Assembly: GCA_902812485.1 (NCBI GenBank)
Contig: CADDZS010000008.1
Coordinates: forward strand, 7,963 to 31,962
Length of the DNA: 24,000 bases
DNA from: an archaeon
GTDB taxonomy: Archaea > Thermoproteota > Nitrososphaeria > Nitrososphaerales > CADDZS01
Reading direction: 5' to 3'
Shown here: piece after piece, positions 1 through 8,737 of the stretch
Layout of the letters: each line of letters starts with the position of its first letter
Numbering within the stretch: the stretch's first letter is position 1
The notes under the pieces: model-generated
What the model was told of the DNA's origin: nothing
Databases searched by the model: none
The model's input: only the letters and a program-made list of their open reading frames with translations
Translations under genes and position numbers: made by a program

Positions 1-93
1 TTGAACATCGGGGTAGCGCATCGTCATTCTCCTTCGCGGGAGCTGGCGCAAAGCCGCGTAAAGTGCTTTGAACGTCCCCGAAACTATGTTCAA
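1..93 (-). CDS. nuoI: NADH-quinone oxidoreductase subunit I, 5' part only (runs off the window edge)
   Basis: The minus-strand frame from TTG (93..91) reads LNIVSGTFKALYAALRQLPRRRMTMRYPDVQ. The RxMTxRYPD segment resembles the conserved N-terminal VTxxYPE motif of NuoI/Nqo9. A GGAGTGAT SD-like box (102..109) lies 8 nt upstream. Its position after nuoH fits the operon order. It is too short for the ORF track. Confidence 0.6.
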   Translation of the reverse strand, partial: MNIVSGTFKALYAALRQLPRRRMTMRYPDVQ

Positions 94-189
94 CTTGATT
101 TATCACTCCTCATTATTCGATTGATTAGTGGTTGCTTCGTTGCACGCAGAATCTCTTTCCAAATGTTTTACTTTTTTTCTCCTTCATTC

Positions 190-1404
190 TCAGAGTCCGA
201 AGAATGCCTTGAGAGCAATTGCCACAAAGAAATTGATGAATGCCAGCACGATCAGCCATACCCAGCCGAACTTGATAAGCTGATCTATCCTCACTCTGGG
301 GAAAGCACCTCGAGGAATAATGAAAATGGTTTCGACAATCAGAGTTTTGATGAGGAACCACACCACTCCTGGAACAGCAGGAGGCCCAGACCAGCCGCCG
401 AGGAAGAGTATCGTAAAGAGTGCGGAAAGTGCATAGAGCTTCACATACACAGCCAGCTGAATCACTCCGAAGACCATGCTCGTGAACTCGGTTTGCCAGC
501 CAGCCACGATTTCGCTGTCAGCATCTGGAAGATCGAAGGGGATTCTCTCAACCTCTGCCATCGAGGTGATATAGAACACGATTGCTCCCAGAATCATTGG
601 CAAAATGTACCAGATTCTGCTTTGCGCAGAAACGATTTGAAATAGATCCAGCGACCCAGCAAGAACCACAACTCCCAATATCGAGATAACAAGAGGAATC
701 TCATAGGAAATCATCTGGTACAGTGCACGCATGGCCCCGATGAAGGAGAATTTGTTGTTGCTTGCCCATCCTGCCATGAGAGCTACTATCGGAAAGAATC
801 CTATAATTGCAATCACAATCAAAAGTGAGTAAGGGGAAGTTGCGATGTACGTGCTTGGGCCTATGGGGATAATTCCAACCAAAGCCCCTGCTAGAGCCAT
901 CATAGCAAATGGCGCCGCGATGAAGAAAAGTCTGTCAGCCCGCTCTGGCACAACTATTTCCTTGAATAAGAGTTTGAAGAGATCAGCAAAGGACTGGAAG
1001 ATGCCTTCTAGCCTCCCAGCGTAAAGGGGGCCTATTCGGTACTGCATCTTCGCTAGGAGTTTTCTTTCCCACCATATCACCATGCTAGAAAGAAGTGCGA
1101 CAAATGTAAAACCTGGAAATGTAGTCAACTTGAAAAGCATACTGTTTGCCCCCAGACCCATCTGACTGATGTATGAATTTGGATCGAAAGGATTGAGCTT
1201 GCTTGGATCGAACATGTAAAGTGCAAGTGACCAGTTGATGTGTTCACTACAATTCAAGAGGCTAAAGTTACAAGTGAACTCTACTGGTAGTACGTAAAAG
1301 AGATAGAATATTGGGAGAGCAACCATTGGAAGAATTATCAGCAGCCAGAAGATTATTTTGAGAATACGCTTGACAAACTGCTCGAATGTTGTAATCTCAG
1401 CCAT
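190..1404 (-). CDS. nuoH: NADH-quinone oxidoreductase subunit H (membrane subunit) with a long N-terminal extension
   Basis: 404-aa polytopic membrane ORF. It carries the NuoH signature WERKLLAKMQYRIGP...GIFQSFADLFKLLFKE and sits in the nuo gene order. Confidence 0.92.
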   Translation of the reverse strand: MAEITTFEQFVKRILKIIFWLLIILPMVALPIFYLFYVLPVEFTCNFSLLNCSEHINWSLALYMFDPSKLNPFDPNSYISQMGLGANSMLFKLTTFPGFTFVALLSSMVIWWERKLLAKMQYRIGPLYAGRLEGIFQSFADLFKLLFKEIVVPERADRLFFIAAPFAMMALAGALVGIIPIGPSTYIATSPYSLLIVIAIIGFFPIVALMAGWASNNKFSFIGAMRALYQMISYEIPLVISILGVVVLAGSLDLFQIVSAQSRIWYILPMILGAIVFYITSMAEVERIPFDLPDADSEIVAGWQTEFTSMVFGVIQLAVYVKLYALSALFTILFLGGWSGPPAVPGVVWFLIKTLIVETIFIIPRGAFPRVRIDQLIKFGWVWLIVLAFINFFVAIALKAFFGL

Positions 1405-1565
1405 CTCTCTAATCTGTAGCTCCTGCTGCTATCTGCGCAAATTCCAAACCTAGTCTAAGATCTTTTTGCCTGTCTCTTTTTTCTGCTTCTCTTCTCTTTT
1501 TTCGAATTTTTGATGCGTTTTCCGCCTGCTACATTATTCTCTCAAATGAGGAGAAAAAACAAAGT

Positions 1566-2699
1566 TTATCGATCTGCTTCGACTGGCCAGTAGTCCAAAC
1601 TCCAATAGATCGCGGGCATGTCTGCAACATGAGATCCGACAAGTAGCTTTGGGAGCGCGATAAGATTTCTGAAGGAGGGAACGCTCCATTTAGTTCTGTA
1701 AGGCTTTGTGGATCCGTCAGATATTATGTGAAAAGCCATCGCGCCCCTTGCTGCTTCCGTCCTGCAGTATGCTTCCCCGGCTTGAGCTCTTTGCTGAGGG
1801 GAGAGCTTCACCTTGATTTGGCCCTGCGGCATCTTCTCAAGGCATTGCCTTATGATTGACATGCTTTGTCTCATTTCTTCTAGATGAACCATGCAGCGAG
1901 CCCAAGTGTCGCCATCATCGTAGACTGGAACCTCAAAGCTGATGTCCTTGTAGAAACAATAAGGCTCATCTATACGAGTATCAGACTTTACGCCTGATGC
2001 CCTAAGCACCTGCCCAGCCACACCTAGCGAAATCGCATCGGATCTTGAGAGCACGCCAACTCCCCGGGTTCTCTTTTCAAATAATGGACTGCGGAAGAAT
2101 ATTCTCTCATAGTCTTTGAGGCGTGATTCGAAATACTCAAAGACTTTCATTGCTCTGTCCTTAAAGTTTGGAGGCATATCGTTTCTTACACCGCCGGGCA
2201 CGCAATAGGAGTAAGTAATCCTCGCCCCCCCGATCATCTGACCAAGATCGATGAATATGTCACGGTCCCCGAGTGGCCACATAAACATGGTAGAGTGACC
2301 AAGAAATATCCCTTGGATTCCTAGCCAGTACAAGTGGCTGATTATTCTCTGGTTCTCGGACATTATCATTCTTAGATACTGAGCTCGAGGAGGGACTTGG
2401 ATTCCCATTAGTTCCTCAGCCGCCATGCAGTACGGTAGAGTAATGTTTGTGACATCAAGGAGAGAAGACCTCTCAATCATGGGGATGCTTTGTATGTAGG
2501 TCCTGTATTCAGTCTGCTTTTCCCCGCCCCTATGCACGTAGCCTGGGTCAGGGATGCATTCTGTTATTGTGTCACCCTCAACCCTGATTGTGAACCTGAA
2601 ATGGCCCGCGCCAGGATGCTGAGGTCCGATGCTCACCACGAGTTTGTCTTCAGATACTTGTTCTGTGAACAGTCCCGACGATTGAGTTGGTAGCGACAT
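1566..2699 (-). CDS. nuoD: NADH-quinone oxidoreductase subunit D (49-kDa subunit)
   Basis: 377-aa ORF. The N-terminal SIGPQHPGAGHFRF matches the NuoD GPQHPxxHG motif. The ATG lies 10 nt after the nuoC stop, with GGAG upstream. Confidence 0.95.
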   Translation of the reverse strand: MSLPTQSSGLFTEQVSEDKLVVSIGPQHPGAGHFRFTIRVEGDTITECIPDPGYVHRGGEKQTEYRTYIQSIPMIERSSLLDVTNITLPYCMAAEELMGIQVPPRAQYLRMIMSENQRIISHLYWLGIQGIFLGHSTMFMWPLGDRDIFIDLGQMIGGARITYSYCVPGGVRNDMPPNFKDRAMKVFEYFESRLKDYERIFFRSPLFEKRTRGVGVLSRSDAISLGVAGQVLRASGVKSDTRIDEPYCFYKDISFEVPVYDDGDTWARCMVHLEEMRQSMSIIRQCLEKMPQGQIKVKLSPQQRAQAGEAYCRTEAARGAMAFHIISDGSTKPYRTKWSVPSFRNLIALPKLLVGSHVADMPAIYWSLDYWPVEADR

Positions 2700-2709
2700 T
2701 GATCGATTC

Positions 2710-3216
2710 TCACTCTCCTTCTAGGCGGCCTGGCAATCTGAAGGCCTTCAGCATTGGTGGGATGTCTGTCCAGTCTTCGGGGAGTAAGAGACGACCCAGA
2801 TTTGGATGACCTTCGAACACGCACCCGATCATCTCTGCAGTCTCGCGCTCATGATAGAGGACACTCGGATATTCGTTCACGAGAGTCGGAAGTTTTGGAT
2901 CATTAGAAGGAATCCTACATGAAATCGCTAGGATGATTCTCCTTAGTTCCTCTCCACCGTCATGCGAGCCAAGGTGATAAGTGATTTCGAGCTGCCCGTC
3001 CTTGGGGAAATCCGTTCCCGTCACGTTTGTAGCGTGATCGAAGTGCAACTCATCGCGAATGAATCTTGCGACCTCAACCAGATCATCACGTTGAACAGAA
3101 AATTTGATCCTATTGGGTTTCGCGTAGATCAATTTTGCCTTCTCGCCCAGCTTTCCAATTGCGTCAATGATCCCCTTTTCCGCTTTGGGAAGCTCTGGAC
3201 TTGAGCCGCTCGACAA
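2710..3216 (-). CDS. nuoC: NADH-quinone oxidoreductase subunit C (30-kDa subunit)
   Basis: 168-aa ORF lying between nuoB and nuoD. The C-terminal half (YPSVLYHERETAEMIGCVFEGHPNLGRLLLPEDW) matches the NuoC core. Confidence 0.9.
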   Translation of the reverse strand: MSSGSSPELPKAEKGIIDAIGKLGEKAKLIYAKPNRIKFSVQRDDLVEVARFIRDELHFDHATNVTGTDFPKDGQLEITYHLGSHDGGEELRRIILAISCRIPSNDPKLPTLVNEYPSVLYHERETAEMIGCVFEGHPNLGRLLLPEDWTDIPPMLKAFRLPGRLEGE

Positions 3217-3252
3217 GGCGATACAATACTCCCTCGTTGGATCGTTTGCTTT

Positions 3253-3837
3253 CTACGAGGTCTTTTTGATATTCGAGTTTCTAATTTTGTCCTGGAGCAA
3301 AATGAAAGCGTCTATTAGTTCCTCTGGTCTTGGAGGGCATCCAGGCACATAAACGTCGACCGGAATTACCTGATCGACGCCGGGCAAGACATTGTAAGAA
3401 TCAAAGTAGACTCCTCCGCTTATCGAACAAGCACCCATGGCGATCACCCACTTCGGCTCCGGCATCTGGTCGTAGATGAAACGAAGGCGTGGAGCCATCT
3501 TTCTAGTAACTGTTCCATGAACAACTACAAGATCGCACTGTCGTAAAGAGCCGAATGCTTCGAGTATACCATACCTTTCTGCGTCAAAGCGAGGGCCAGA
3601 AACTGCGCCCCATTCGATGCTACAACACGCGGTCTCCAAGTGAACCGGCCAAAGAGAGTAGAGCCTCCCCCAGTTTGCTAGGTAAGTTACGGGATCAACG
3701 ATTGCTTGCTGGATTACTTCTCTTGCCTTGCCAACGAGTATGTTGAGACCTGGCCCCTCATGAGAATGGAGAGAAGCGGATCCTTTTTTTGGCGGTTGTT
3801 GTTGCTGCTGCTGAGACTCCAACTCCTGGGCTACCAT
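3253..3837 (-). CDS. nuoB: NADH-quinone oxidoreductase subunit B (20-kDa, N2 cluster) with an N-terminal poly-Q extension
   Basis: Contains CCSIEW, GACSISGG and VPGCPPRPEELI, the cysteine motifs that ligate the Fe-S cluster. The ATG overlaps the nuoA stop (ATGGTAG). Confidence 0.95.
   Translation of the reverse strand: MVAQELESQQQQQQPPKKGSASLHSHEGPGLNILVGKAREVIQQAIVDPVTYLANWGRLYSLWPVHLETACCSIEWGAVSGPRFDAERYGILEAFGSLRQCDLVVVHGTVTRKMAPRLRFIYDQMPEPKWVIAMGACSISGGVYFDSYNVLPGVDQVIPVDVYVPGCPPRPEELIDAFILLQDKIRNSNIKKTS
3796..3813 (-). repeat. (CAG)3(CAA)3 tract encoding Q6 in NuoB
   Basis: Read directly: ttgttgttgctgctgctg on the + strand. Confidence 0.95.
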
Positions 3838-4181
3838 ATGTCTCTCTTACCTGCAAGAAATATCGCATACGCAGCTGGTATAAAGATGATGGCAAGAAAC
3901 ATTCCAATTACAAGCACTGAGAACGCGCTGAGATCTGTGAAAGCCCAAGCGAACAAAAACATTGAGATTACATCAAAGACGACAAAGATCAAAAGATAGG
4001 CGTAGTACTGCATTATGAGATGGACTCTCGCCTCTCCGGTCGGAACTTGTCCAGCTTCAAATGTCGCTCTCTTCATCGGAGTTGGATTTCGAGGAGCAAA
4101 CAAAGCTGGAATCAAAATGACAGGAAGAGCAAATAGTGCACCGATTCCAGCCATGGCAAGTATCAGTAAGAAGTGCGCCAT
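3831..4181 (-). CDS. nuoA: NADH-quinone oxidoreductase subunit A
   Basis: 116-aa protein with three TM helices. FEAGQVPTGEARVHLIMQYYAYLLIFVVFDV matches the NuoA core (YECG...FDVE-like). It is the first gene of the nuo cluster. Confidence 0.88.
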   Translation of the reverse strand: MAHFLLILAMAGIGALFALPVILIPALFAPRNPTPMKRATFEAGQVPTGEARVHLIMQYYAYLLIFVVFDVISMFLFAWAFTDLSAFSVLVIGMFLAIIFIPAAYAIFLAGKRDIW

Positions 4182-4210
4182 GGGCCTTTATCTGTTATCA
4201 GAAGTATCCC

Positions 4211-4224
4211 GTGATTTTATTTAA
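4211..4224 (-). promoter_or_regulatory. Candidate TATA/BRE box for the nuo operon
   Basis: The minus strand reads TTAAATAAAATCAC about 35-40 nt upstream of the nuoA ATG (4181). This is an A/T-rich box in an otherwise mixed spacer. Confidence 0.3.
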
Positions 4225-4388
4225 GTCTTGATTGATTGACTGATTGCTCGGCGGAGGAACAAAATGACCAAAGCAGGCTTTGGTGTATAGATCCAACCCA
4301 AGAAGAGATCCAAGGATTGCTTACGAATAAAGAGGAAACTTAGGATGAAAAGAAACCTAGCTCAACCGTATCAATGTGGGGTCTGCTT

Positions 4389-4820
4389 CTAGGCTCGTCT
4401 TCCTCGTCTCCCACCAGCGCGCCTTGTCGTATCGTGGGGAATCGGAGTAACGTCTTCTATCCTTCCAACCTTGAATCCACTCCTCGCGATCGCTCTAATC
4501 GCCGCCTGAGCACCAGGCCCCGGAGTTCTAGGTCCTGTTCCTCCGACTGCCCTGACCTTGATGTGAACTGCGGTAATACCTTTTGTCTTTGCAACTTCTG
4601 CTGCCGCCGTAGCACTTTTCATGGCTGCATAGGGGGAAGATTCAAATCTGTCAGCTTTCACGTGCCTTCCGCCAGAGCTGAATGCTATTGTCTCGGCACC
4701 TGTCAGATCCGTGATGTGAACGATTGTATTGTTGTAACTGCTATAGATATGAACAACCCCCCATCTCTCTTGTTGTTGTTGCTGCTGCTGTTGTTGTACA
4801 ACTGAAGGTGATACTTCCAT
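4389..4820 (-). CDS. rps11: 30S ribosomal protein uS11 with an N-terminal Q9 tract
   Basis: [26 protein letters not shown]...[43 protein letters not shown] is canonical uS11. Confidence 0.95.
   Translation of the reverse strand: MEVSPSVVQQQQQQQQQERWGVVHIYSSYNNTIVHITDLTGAETIAFSSGGRHVKADRFESSPYAAMKSATAAAEVAKTKGITAVHIKVRAVGGTGPRTPGPGAQAAIRAIARSGFKVGRIEDVTPIPHDTTRRAGGRRGRRA
4770..4796 (-). repeat. 27-nt CAA/CAG tract encoding Q9 in uS11
   Basis: Read directly: (ttg)4(ctg)3(ttg)2 on the + strand. Confidence 0.95.
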
Positions 4821-4943
4821 CTGTCTTCACAATCTCCTCTTTTTTTCAAGAAAAAAATCGATGAAAAGCTTTCTCTTTGGAAATCATTGAAAGAGCCTAC
4901 ATGTAAAATAAGAAAACCATTGTGCCGCGGCAAATCTTTCCTT

Positions 4944-5489
4944 CTAGTTTTTTGCCGGATTTAATGTTTCTGCACTTTGAGTAGCAGGAGAATTTTGAAC
5001 ATTGGCAAGAGGAGATCCTTCTCGAACTCGGAGCAACGCTTCCTCTGCTGGACTCACGATGTAAGATGGAATTGTGACTCGCCTGTCGCCAATCACTATA
5101 TGCCCATGAGTGATAAGTTGCCTTGCCTGATACGGCGTTCTAGCTAATCCTCTTTTCCACACAAGAGTCTGCAGTCTTCTTTCAAGAACATTTTCAACCG
5201 TCAATGAAAGCACATCGTCCAAAGAACTTTCTTCCTGTCGCACAAGCCCGAGTTTCGCAAGTCTGGATAGCAGCTTTGGTTCCTGACGTGCGCGAACCTC
5301 TGCTGTTGCTGCAAGCAATGCCCTTGCCTGTTTTCTTATCTCTGAAAGTTGGGTCTGAGACTTCCAAAGTTCTCTTTTATTTCTGAGCCCGTAAGTCCCA
5401 ACCAGGAAAAGCTCTTGGGAGAGCTGGTCACTTCTCCAAGGATTTCTCGGAGTGTTGTATTGTTTACGAGATTTTTTTGGATCACCCAA
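4944..5489 (-). CDS. rps4: 30S ribosomal protein uS4
   Basis: MGDPKKSRKQYNTPRNPW... followed by an S4 RNA-binding domain (QLITHGHIVIGDRRVTIPSY). The TTG start lies 1 nt after the uS13 stop. Confidence 0.95.
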   Translation of the reverse strand: MGDPKKSRKQYNTPRNPWRSDQLSQELFLVGTYGLRNKRELWKSQTQLSEIRKQARALLAATAEVRARQEPKLLSRLAKLGLVRQEESSLDDVLSLTVENVLERRLQTLVWKRGLARTPYQARQLITHGHIVIGDRRVTIPSYIVSPAEEALLRVREGSPLANVQNSPATQSAETLNPAKN

Positions 5490-5490
5490 G

Positions 5491-5985
5491 CTACTTCTTC
5501 TCGCCTCCGCCCGATGCCGCAGCTGCAGCCGCTGCTTGAACTGCTGATTTCTTTACACCGACAGTCCTGCCTTTTCTCCCCGTAGTCCTTGTTCTTTGTC
5601 CCCGCACCTTGAGCCCCAAACTATGCCTTATCCCCTTCCAAGACAAGAGATTCTTCTCCCGATCTATGTCTGACTTTATTGTAAGATCGAGATCGCTTCC
5701 AAGCCTGTGCAAGTTGTTACCGCTGTCAGAATCCTTTCTTCGGTTCAGCATCCAGTGAGGTAATCCCAGCGTGCTAATGTCTTTAAGGGAATATTCAATT
5801 TGCTGAAGCTGTTTGTCGCCCAGCTGACCAAGTCGAGCTTTTGGGTCGAGCTTTAGCGAAGCTACTATTGCATTTGCGAAGGCCTCTCCTACTCCCTTTA
5901 TTTCAGATATAGCTGGTACGATTTTCCTAGTCCCATCTAAGTCCTTCCCTGCAATTCGAACAATGTGACGAAAGTCTTGCGACAT
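5491..5985 (-). CDS. rps13: 30S ribosomal protein uS13
   Basis: FRHIVRIAGKDLDGTRKIVPAISEIKGVG...GLKVRGQRTRTTGRKGRTVGV is canonical uS13. It is the first gene of the S13-S4-S11 cluster. Confidence 0.95.
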   Translation of the reverse strand: MSQDFRHIVRIAGKDLDGTRKIVPAISEIKGVGEAFANAIVASLKLDPKARLGQLGDKQLQQIEYSLKDISTLGLPHWMLNRRKDSDSGNNLHRLGSDLDLTIKSDIDREKNLLSWKGIRHSLGLKVRGQRTRTTGRKGRTVGVKKSAVQAAAAAAASGGGEKK

Positions 5986-6198
5986 TTTTCTCTAGGACTC
6001 TAAAATGTTTGAAGACAACGGTATAAAACATTACTTTGGATACACTTGAGCAAAAGTAATCTGCTTACTCTCGAATTTCAAAAACTACTAACAGAAAAGA
6101 GAAAAAACGTAGGAAAAAAGACCCTATTTTAAAAGTTATATACGGTATATCAAGCGTTTTTCCACATTAATCATCATCAGAGGGTTCAGGAAAGGACT

Positions 6199-6666
6199 TT
6201 GGCAAAGATTGACGACATTGACATGAAGATACTATCGGAGCTTTCAAAAGATGCGAGCATAAGCGTGCCAAAACTCAGCAAGAAAATCAATGTTAACCCG
6301 TCAGTAACATACAGCAGGATAAAGAGGCTCACGAAGAAACAACTGATCAAGAAATTTACGATTGAAGTGAACGAGAGCGCCCTTGGCTACAATGTTTCAG
6401 CTTTGATCGGCCTCAACATCGATTCGAAAAATCGCGAAGCAATTCTTGAAGAGATCCAAAAACTCAATTCTGTGCGTGACATCTTTGAGGTAACTGGAAG
6501 ATTCGATCTCATAGTCAAAGTCAAAGCTAGATCCCTTGAGGAACTTCATGAGACCGTTTCTTCCAAGATGGGACGTATCAACGGGGTCATGCATACTGAA
6601 ACCTTCATAGAGATGGGACGTAGGGAAAGGAGCCCGGTTTACATGCTAGAAGAAAGCAGAAAATAA
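6199..6666 (+). CDS. Lrp/AsnC family transcriptional regulator
   Basis: 155 aa. The N-terminal HTH (IDDIDMKILSELSKDASISVPKLSKKINVNPSVTYSRIKRL) is followed by a RAM/AsnC-C domain (VTGRFDLIVKVKARSLEEL). TTG start; an alternative ATG lies at 6223. Confidence 0.85.
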   Translation: MAKIDDIDMKILSELSKDASISVPKLSKKINVNPSVTYSRIKRLTKKQLIKKFTIEVNESALGYNVSALIGLNIDSKNREAILEEIQKLNSVRDIFEVTGRFDLIVKVKARSLEELHETVSSKMGRINGVMHTETFIEMGRRERSPVYMLEESRK

Positions 6667-6717
6667 GAAGGAAACTGAATGAATGTATAAATCCTACGAC
6701 AAACAAATGAGAGAGGT

Positions 6718-7029
6718 ATGGTAGACAAGACACAAATCGTGAGAGAACTGTCACAAGTTGTCGATCCTGAGGTGGGTGTGCCAATAACTGAAATGGATCT
6801 CGTAGACGACATCACAATCAATGGGGAGAGTGTCTCAGTGTCTTTCCACCTTACTGCGCCCTTCTGTCCTCCGATGTTTGCTCTTGAGATTGCTCAGGAT
6901 ATCAAACGCCGTCTGTTGGCTCTAGAAGGAGTTAAGGATGTAAAGGTGAGCATGACTGGCCATTTTATGGCGGAAGAAATCAACAGAAGAGTAAACTCGG
7001 TTCCGCCCGCCGCTCCTGCTCAATCCTAA
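6718..7029 (+). CDS. DUF59/MIP18-family (SufT-like) Fe-S cluster assembly protein
   Basis: 103 aa with VVDPEVGVPITEMDLV and LTAPFCPP, the DUF59 hallmarks. It lies next to the suf cluster. Confidence 0.8.
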   Translation: MVDKTQIVRELSQVVDPEVGVPITEMDLVDDITINGESVSVSFHLTAPFCPPMFALEIAQDIKRRLLALEGVKDVKVSMTGHFMAEEINRRVNSVPPAAPAQS

Positions 7030-7048
7030 TTTCAGGAATCTTGAGAGA

Positions 7049-7483
7049 CTACTCCGTCTGCATCTTTTCTTCCTCTTCTTGATGATGATTACGCGTTGCT
7101 AGACTCTCGCCAAGATATTGGTAAAGGGCTGTTTTCATCACCTTGAGGGATAGGAGCGCGCACTTTATTCTCACAGCCCCAAGATTTGGTGATCCCAAAT
7201 TCTCAAGAAGTGTGTTCTTGTCAAGATTGCGAACCTCTTCAATTGACTTGCCCTTGATCATCTCGGTGAGCATCGACGCAGAAGCTTGACTAATTGCACA
7301 GCCATCTCCGTTGAACCTTACGTCTGATACTTTGCCATCCAAGAATTTGAGCTGCATCTCCACGACATCTCCGCAGAGTGGATTAGAATCTCTAGCGCTT
7401 GAATCCGGAGAATCAAGAGAACCCTTATTCCTCGGATTCTTGTAGTAATCTAGTATTATCTCCTTGTACAGATCGGAACTCAT
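7049..7483 (-). CDS. sufU: SufU/NifU-N-type Fe-S scaffold or sulfur-transfer protein
   Basis: LYKEIILDYYKNPRNKGSL, NPLCGD, GDGCAISQASASM and RIKCALL give the three conserved Cys plus Asp of SufU. The ATG lies 6 nt after the sufS stop, with GGAGGTG upstream. Confidence 0.85.
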   Translation of the reverse strand: MSSDLYKEIILDYYKNPRNKGSLDSPDSSARDSNPLCGDVVEMQLKFLDGKVSDVRFNGDGCAISQASASMLTEMIKGKSIEEVRNLDKNTLLENLGSPNLGAVRIKCALLSLKVMKTALYQYLGESLATRNHHQEEEEKMQTE

Positions 7484-7489
7484 TTGTGA

Positions 7490-8737
7490 CTAGGATAGCA
7501 CCTCCTGAACACGCCTTATGCCCTTACAAAGGGCGAAAACATCATCTAGGTCATTATAAAGATAAAAACTTGCTCTGGACGTAGCCTGCACGCCCAGTTT
7601 CTCCATCAAGACCTGAGCACAATGATGTCCAGAGCGAATAGCGATTCCCTCTGAATCAAGAATGGATGCCACATCGTGCGGATGAATCTTGCCAACGTTG
7701 AAAGAGAAAACCGCACCCCTGTTGTAATGTTGCCTTGGACCGTAAAGAGTGATTTCACCTATCTTCGAAAGCTCTTCAATTGCAACCTGCGATATCGCTT
7801 GTTCGTGCTCCTTTATGCGCTCCATTCCGACTTTCTCCAAGTACTTGATTGCTTCTCCAAACCCAATCACATCGGCAATATTCGAAGTACCAGCTTCAAA
7901 TTTCCATGGAAGGTCGTTCCATTTTGTTTCCTCCCTATGAACCTCCTTTATCATATCTCCCCCCAGAATGAAAGGAGGCGCCTCCAAAAGAAGATGTTCC
8001 CTTCCATATAAGCAGCCCACTCCGGTGGGTCCCAACATCTTGTGAGAAGAAAACGCAAAGAAATCGCAACCGAGCTCTTGGACATCAATTGGGAGATGGG
8101 GGGCGGATTGGGCACCATCCAAGATTACAATCGCTCCCTCTCTATGTGCGATCTTTGTGAGTTTCTTTGCATCGTTAATAGTACCAAGAACGTTTGACAT
8201 ATGTGTGAAAGCAAGTACTTTCGCGTTCTTTATTTTGATCTCAAAGTCTTCCTCGTCGAGAATCCCTTCTTCGTCTACATTGACAATATCAAATTCACAA
8301 CCGATCCTCTTTGAAATCTGTTGCCAGGGAACAAAGTTACTGTGATGCTCCATTTCAGTTACGACAATCTTGTCGCCCTTCTTTAGAGAATTTTCCGAGA
8401 TGCATCTGCAGGCCACGTTCAAAGCTTCAGTTGCATTTTTTGTGAATATGATCTCTTTCGGGGAGGCCGCATTGATGAATCTCGAGACTTGCTCTCTGCT
8501 TGATTCAAAAGCTTCTGTAGCTTCTTCAGCCAGTTTGTGAACAGATCTGTGAATGTTGGAGTTGTAGTTTTCGTAATACTTGGTGATGGATTCGATCACT
8601 TGCTTCGGTTTCTGAGTAGTTGCCGCATTGTCAAGGTAAACGAGTCTCTTGCCGTGAACCTTTCTGCGAAGGATTGGGAAGTCTGATTTGATCTTTTCGA
8701 TGTCAAGCTTGGGTGTTGTCCCAGCACTTTTGAGCAT
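7490..8737 (-). CDS. sufS: Cysteine desulfurase, SufS type (class V aminotransferase, group II)
   Basis: 415 aa with HHSNFVPWQ, the PLP-lysine motif SSHKMLGPTGVG and the active-site loop RSGHHCAQ. Confidence 0.93.
   Translation of the reverse strand: MLKSAGTTPKLDIEKIKSDFPILRRKVHGKRLVYLDNAATTQKPKQVIESITKYYENYNSNIHRSVHKLAEEATEAFESSREQVSRFINAASPKEIIFTKNATEALNVACRCISENSLKKGDKIVVTEMEHHSNFVPWQQISKRIGCEFDIVNVDEEGILDEEDFEIKIKNAKVLAFTHMSNVLGTINDAKKLTKIAHREGAIVILDGAQSAPHLPIDVQELGCDFFAFSSHKMLGPTGVGCLYGREHLLLEAPPFILGGDMIKEVHREETKWNDLPWKFEAGTSNIADVIGFGEAIKYLEKVGMERIKEHEQAISQVAIEELSKIGEITLYGPRQHYNRGAVFSFNVGKIHPHDVASILDSEGIAIRSGHHCAQVLMEKLGVQATSRASFYLYNDLDDVFALCKGIRRVQEVLS

Noticed and set aside
1-645. 214-aa + strand ORF at the window start
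   Set aside because: It lies entirely antisense to nuoH and the nuoI start. The sequence is Cys/His/Arg-rich with no recognisable domain, while the minus-strand frames carry unmistakable NuoH and NuoI motifs.
4374-4805. 143-aa + strand ORF exactly mirroring rps11, ending in poly-Leu
   Set aside because: It is a shadow ORF of uS11. The poly-Leu is simply the reverse complement of the CAA/CAG Q9 tract, and the minus-strand product is canonical uS11.
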